Below are positions 56,813 through 64,000 of a stretch of 64,000 nucleotides of DNA, piece by piece; position 1 is the stretch's first letter; each line of letters starts with the position of its first letter. The stretch spans positions 19,096,001-19,160,000 of the forward strand of contig OZ024749.1 in assembly GCA_964016885.1 (NCBI GenBank), in the 5' to 3' direction. Source of the DNA: Eledone cirrhosa (taxonomy: Eukaryota). The notes under the pieces are model-generated. The model made no database searches and was not told the origin of the DNA. It worked only from the letters and a program-made list of their open reading frames with translations. The position numbers and the translations under genes were made by a program.

Positions 56813-57010
56813 CATATATATATGTATATATATATATGTATGTATATATATATATATGTATGTACTATATTATATTTTGAGAATAAACTCTGTCGTTTTC
56901 AATAATTCAGCTCCAAGAAAAGGGGCATTTCCGAGCAGTTAAATACATTAATATATATGATAAACACAAAACGTGTTTGCATTGTAACAGACAAAGTTAG
57001 CCATTAATGA

Positions 57011-60000
57011 AATAAACTAATTAAAGTGAATACAATTTGTCTGTCTCGATATAAGTCAATAAAGACAAGCTTATATTGGCAAAGGCCGTGATTCCTGGAC
57101 AAATCTAAATTCCAAAATCCAAACCCGCTCCAAATCACAGAAATAAGGGAAAGTAATAGGATTAAAAAGAGAAGGGAGACTAAGGACAAAGAGAATAACC
57201 AAGACGAACACACAGACACACAAAATAGGGTAGATAACAACAATGAGCCAGTGGAAAGAGACAGGAGTAATTGTGAGAGACATAGAAACAACCATGAGGC
57301 TGTTGGTGGAAATAGAAATAGAAACAACACAGCTAACAATAGCACTAGTACACATAAAGCAGCAGCCTGGAACTCTACGTTTTATAATCCCTCTGATAAA
57401 TCATTCAACCTGCGATGAGTCCACTCCACGACTTTACCATTTAACAAACGCACGCAATTGCCGTCGCAGGTCGATGAACAAACAGAAGCACAATTTAGTA
57501 TAGCTAGATCCGAACTTAGAAATATTATAGAACAGTATAGCAAGAAGCATAATAGAATGGAGGCCCAGCAACTGGGAGAAAAATCTGCAAATGGCTTGCG
57601 TAAGCTCATGCAGCGCTCACGTAATGGAGAGATAGCATGCTTTCCAACAGACAAGTCTGGCAGAATGTCGGTTGACAGCCTGCCAAACTACATCCCGGCA
57701 ATGCAACCCCACATCACTAACACAAGAGAGGTAACACCACAGGAGCATGAGGATAGAGAAAAAGCCCTCAATGCCCATATGGTGATGTGGACGAATATAA
57801 TGCAGCCCAACAAAAGGACTGCCAACAACTTCCAGGCCTGGAACAATGACGTGCGGGCGTTGTATGGGCTTCGAAAAGACCATAAAACGGGCTGTGACCC
57901 TGTTGCGGGACCACCAACACGGCCAGTCTGTGGAGCTAACATTGCTAGTAACTGCAGACTGTCCTACTTCCTCTCCCTGATCATACGCCCCATCATTGAA
58001 ATGTCCCCAGATGTATGTGACAGCACGGAGGACCTCCTCAGCAGAATCGGCGTGGGTAACCGATCTGGGGACCTAACAAACTGTATAATAGGCAGTATGG
58101 ATGTTGTGTCCCTGTATCCATCTATTGACGTGGATTTTGCTGTGGAGAAATGCGTAGAAATGATCAGTGAGAGCAAGGTTGAGTTCCGTGGGATTGATAC
58201 CAGTGAGCTGGGACTCCTACTTAGGCTTACCTATAGTAATAATTACCTAGACACATATGACCTTAGCAACCTGTGCCCTACAAGACCAGCAAGAGGCAGA
58301 CCACCTACCATTACCTCAATGGCCAAGAAAACCCACACAGATAGATGGAACGGGTGGACCAGAGCCATACGGACACCCAAAAACCACGATGAACTGAAGA
58401 AAATGATTGCTCATGCGGTAGGGGCCAGCATAAAACTAACCCTTAAGGAACATATGTTCAAATTTAATGGAAAAACATATGCCCAAGAGGAAGGAGCAGC
58501 CATTGGTGTTAGCATTGCAGGCGACATAGCTAACTTATTCATGGTATGGTGGGACAGTAGACTTAAACTTAAAGAACAATTAGAAGACCCCTTAACCCTG
58601 ATAATGTACTCCCGCTACGTAGATGATATAAACATCGTAGTTAAGACACCCCCACTAGAGAACAGTCAGGAACTAGAGAAAAACACAATGGAAAGCATCC
58701 AGCAAATAGCAAACTCCATCCACCAGAGCATTAGAGTTACTATAGACTACCCAAGTAAACACCCCAACCATCGATTACCTGTACTAGACACAGAGCTCTG
58801 GGTAGATACCATTAACAACAAAAAACAAATCCTCCATTCCCATTATGCCAAACCCATGACTTCCAAACATCTGATCCACCGAAACTCGGCCGTTTCGGAC
58901 CATACCAAAATCAACATACTGATTGCGGATTTGGTACGAGTGATGAGAAATGTGTCCCGCATGTGCAACCCCGAAGAACTAGAGAGACACATACAACACT
59001 TCATCCACCGTATGCAGTTCTCTGGCTACAATCAGAGAGATAAAATCAGAGTGTATAGAGGAGCCAGAACCAAATGGGAAAAAATGGTAAATAATGACAT
59101 AAATGGGACCTGCCCCTTGTATAGGAGCAAATTTTGGAATAGAATAGAAAGAACTAGGAACAAGGCTAATAGAATAAACTCATGGTATGATGGCAATAAA
59201 TACCAGAGTGTAATGTTCATCGATACAACCCCTAGAGGTGAATTAGCTTACAAATTTAGAAGGGCCCTAAATAAACATAAACTCAATATTAAGATAGTAG
59301 AAAGACCAGGTACCCCCGTAAAAACACTTATTAGCAAGACATACCCTTTTCAAAGACCCTCATGTATAGATAAGAAATAGCCCCCATATTAACTGTAAAA
59401 CTAGAAATGTAGTGTATAGCATATGTACTGAAGGACAATGTAGAAACAAAAATATAGTGGCGAGACCTTCAAGATAATAAAGAATCATCTGTACTCTACC
59501 AACATGCTAAAATAGAACACAAGGGTAAATTAGAGAACATAGAAATAAAAATAGAATCTACACACAGAAAAGACGCAATGTTTAGACAAATTACAGAGGC
59601 AATAAACATAAAAGAATTACAACCAAAATTAAATAGAAAATATGAGTGGAACAGCAACATCACAACTTACAATTAAGGACAAAATGAAAACACACACACA
59701 CATAGAACAAACAACCAACCAGTAACATGTAAATAAACAAATAAATAAATGAACATAAACACAAACAGACACCCGGATGTGGCGCATGCGCAGACTGGGC
59801 ACACAACACACACACACAGAAACAAAATGGCGTAGGACAAAACAAAGGAGAGGCACAGAAACAATGAAAGGAATCCAGTCACTGAAGAGGTCACAGAGTG
59901 TGTGACGAAAGAACTATGACTATATATAAACAACTATCTGGTTGTGGAACCAACCAACCAACCATAAATTTATAAATTTATTATAATAAATTGAAGTGAA

Positions 60001-60112
60001 AGCAACTGGTGCGTGTGTTTCTTATTGGCAACATGACCCTCCCAAAGTATAACAATATCGGTTTCAACACACGATTTCAGATAAAGAATCTTGCTAAACA
60101 AATTCAGAAACG
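57011..60112 (+). mobile_element. Penelope-like element: long RT ORF 57458-59380, decayed N-terminus and GIY-YIG, 3' pseudo-LTR
   Basis: [40 protein letters not shown]; [11 protein letters not shown] after the stop; the same frame extends upstream with stops. Confidence 0.92.
59882..59922 (+). ncRNA. Hammerhead-like core in Penelope pseudo-LTR
   Basis: CTGAAGA G GTCACA GAGTG TGTGAC GAAAG...CTA. Confidence 0.6.
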
Positions 60113-60153
60113 ATATATATATATACATATATATATATATATGTTTATTTATA

Positions 60154-60186
<33 letters not shown>

Positions 60187-60189
60187 GTG

Positions 60190-60230
<41 letters not shown>

Positions 60231-60269
60231 ATTTATATATATACATATATATATAAATATATATGTGTG

Positions 60270-60310
<41 letters not shown>

Positions 60311-60313
60311 ATT

Positions 60314-60347
<34 letters not shown>

Positions 60348-60369
60348 TATGTATTTATATATATATATA

Positions 60370-60412
<43 letters not shown>

Positions 60413-60494
60413 ATATATATGTATATATATACGGATTGGACACTACCGTAAACTCTTGGTAGATTTATCTACATATACACATATATATATATAT

Positions 60495-60533
<39 letters not shown>

Positions 60534-60551
60534 TATATATATGTGTATATA

Positions 60552-60610
<59 letters not shown>

Positions 60611-60647
60611 GTGTGTATATATATATATGTGTATATATATATATATA

Positions 60648-60678
<31 letters not shown>

Positions 60679-60729
60679 GTGTGTATATATATATATGTGT
60701 ATATATATATATATATACATACATATATA

Positions 60730-60780
<51 letters not shown>

Positions 60781-60804
60781 GTGTATATATATATATATAT
60801 ACAT

Positions 60805-61905
60805 ATGGGAAATGGCCTTGCTCAGTATGTAGGAAAGGTGTAGGTAGGAACTCCATTCTCTGCCCCAAATGCAAACAATGGGTACACAAGAGATGTAGCG
60901 GGATCTCAGGAAGCTTAATTAAGAATGTAGGATTCACATGCAGCAGCTGTGCTGAGACAGCAAACAGCCACAGGAAACAAGTACCACCAATCTCTGGGAG
61001 GGCCCTGTAGAAACAGTTGACAGCTTCTGCTACCTAGGTGACCGAATTACGAACGGAGGTGGGTGTTCAGAAAGTGCAATAACTAGGGTAAGAACGGGAT
61101 GGAAGAAGTTTAGGGAACTACTACCACTGCTAGCTGCAAAAGGCTTCTCCCTCAGAATGAAAGGCAGACTGTATGATGCGTGTATCCGAACAGCAATGTT
61201 GCATGGTAGCGAGACCTGGGCGCTGAAGGTGGAAGACTTACGTAGATTAGAGAGAAACGAAGCCTGCATGCTCCGATGGATGTGTAACAATAATATACGT
61301 GAACGACAAAGCATAAATGAATTGAGAGAGAGACTGAGCATAAGAGGAATCAAATGCTGTGTGCAGGAGAGGCGGTTGCGCTGGTATGGACATGTGATGC
61401 GTATGAAGGATGATAGCTGCATAAAAAGGTGCAGAGCACTAGAAGTTGATGGAAACTGCGGAGTGGGGGAGACCCAAGATGACCTGGGATGAGGTGATAA
61501 AAGCCGACCTTACCCAATTACACCTCTCAAAGACAATGACACACGACCGTGACTTCTGGCGTCACGCAGTAATACAGAGTACCTGACCTCCCATGGGTAC
61601 AAGCTGAAGCATATAGCCAATATGCCCCCACACCCCCCACCACAAGGTGGTCGTGGAGGTGCCACAGAAAAAAAGCACCCAGCCCACACTGTAAAGTGGA
61701 CGTGTAGGCGCACGGAAAAAAGTACCCAGCACTCACTGTAAATGAGGTTGGTGTTAGGAAGGGCATCCAGCTGTAGAAATCAAGCCAAATCAGTTCCTGT
61801 ATGAGCAAGGCATGGTCAGCCGACCAGACACTGCCCACAACAGGACAACCCGTCTAACCCATGCTAGTGTGGAAGAACGGACGTAAAACGGTGATGATGA
61901 TGATG
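60805..61905 (+). mobile_element. 5'-truncated RTE LINE
   Basis: [12 protein letters not shown]..., MLHGSETW, RLRWYGHV, 3' UTR and (GAT)n tail. Confidence 0.88.
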
Positions 61906-63225
<1,320 letters not shown>

Positions 63226-63351
63226 GTAGGAGATGAGTTTTATTGTAGTACAATAAAGCAATGCAGATATCGGATAAGAAGCACTCTACAGTTTGTAGGA
63301 CTGGAGTATACATAATATATAAGATCAAAAGATGGTTAAAAGAGTTCCATG

Positions 63352-63422
63352 TATTTTATTATGCGCATTTCGAAAACAAATATCATCATGCAATAACATT
63401 TGTGTTTTCATCAGATAAAATA
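63352..63422 (-). ncRNA. Type I hammerhead ribozyme in a pseudo-LTR-like element (~63226-63485)
   Basis: Minus strand TATTTTAT CTGATGA AAACACAAATGTTATTGCATGATGATATTTGTTTTC GAAA TGCGCA TA ATAAAATA: 8-bp stem I, long stem II, palindromic stem III ATGCGCAT. Confidence 0.75.
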
Positions 63423-64000
63423 GGAAGACATGATATGAAGGTTAAAAAACACTTGTGGATAGTGCAGTTTTAAATCAACATATGAAAAGTAGTTTTAGAT
63501 TGATGTGTGATATTGGGAAAAAAAATGTTGAGGGGGGGGGGGGGATGAAAAAGAGGAGGAGATGAAAGTAAAAAGTGGAGGGGGAGGAGTATAATGAGAT
63601 AGGCGGAGAGATGGGTGATAGAGAGAGAGATAGCTTTTATAACTGAGAAAAATATATTGTTTTACATAGAGAGGTTGAAAAACCGTTGGAAGATAATGTA
63701 TAAATTATATGTGCGATGAAAAGAAATTGTTAATATGTATTAAGAATAATATTTAGGGGTTTAATAATATGTGCGATGGAAAGAAAATGTTGATATGTAT
63801 TATTAAAAATACCAAAGGTAATGTGAGTAAGGATATATTGTGAAAAAAGTAGAAGATAGGATGAAATAGATGAGCATGAAAGTGAGAAAAAAATAATGAA
63901 TTGAGGATGAATATTCTAACATCAAAACAATGTTTATGTTTACGAAGGATTTTTTCAAGGTGATATAAAGTAAGAATATATTGTATTGTGTAATAATTGT

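Noticed and set aside
63486-64000. Possible coding sequence or exon at the window end
   Set aside because: Purine/AT-rich low-complexity sequence with no recognisable motif or splice-consistent frame

Overview
AT-rich eukaryotic DNA dominated by (TA)n microsatellites and retroelements. The repeat landscape suggests a mollusc, most likely an octopus (inference). The only host gene visible is a plus-strand CLIP3/CLIP4-like ankyrin + CAP-Gly gene with five internal exons (27528-39384); the rest of the window is probably its introns. These carry RTE LINEs with a PHD-like finger, Tx1/L1-type fragments, a near-intact two-ORF LINE, three Penelope-like (RT + GIY-YIG) elements, SINEs, piggyBac and hAT MITEs, a Helitron 3' end and a 48-bp minisatellite. 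The main finding is an 8.6-kb array of 16 near-identical ~510-bp units. Each unit carries a minimal type I hammerhead ribozyme on the minus strand, and the array ends in one inverted partial unit and sits in a (TA)n tract. It looks like a retrozyme (circular-RNA-type) array mobilised by Penelope machinery. Further hammerhead-like motifs occur in Penelope pseudo-LTRs and foldback remnants. The two-ORF LINE has an unusual ORF1 (Myb/SANT-like + polyQ + CCCH) and canonical -1 frameshift heptamers in its ORF1/ORF2 overlap.
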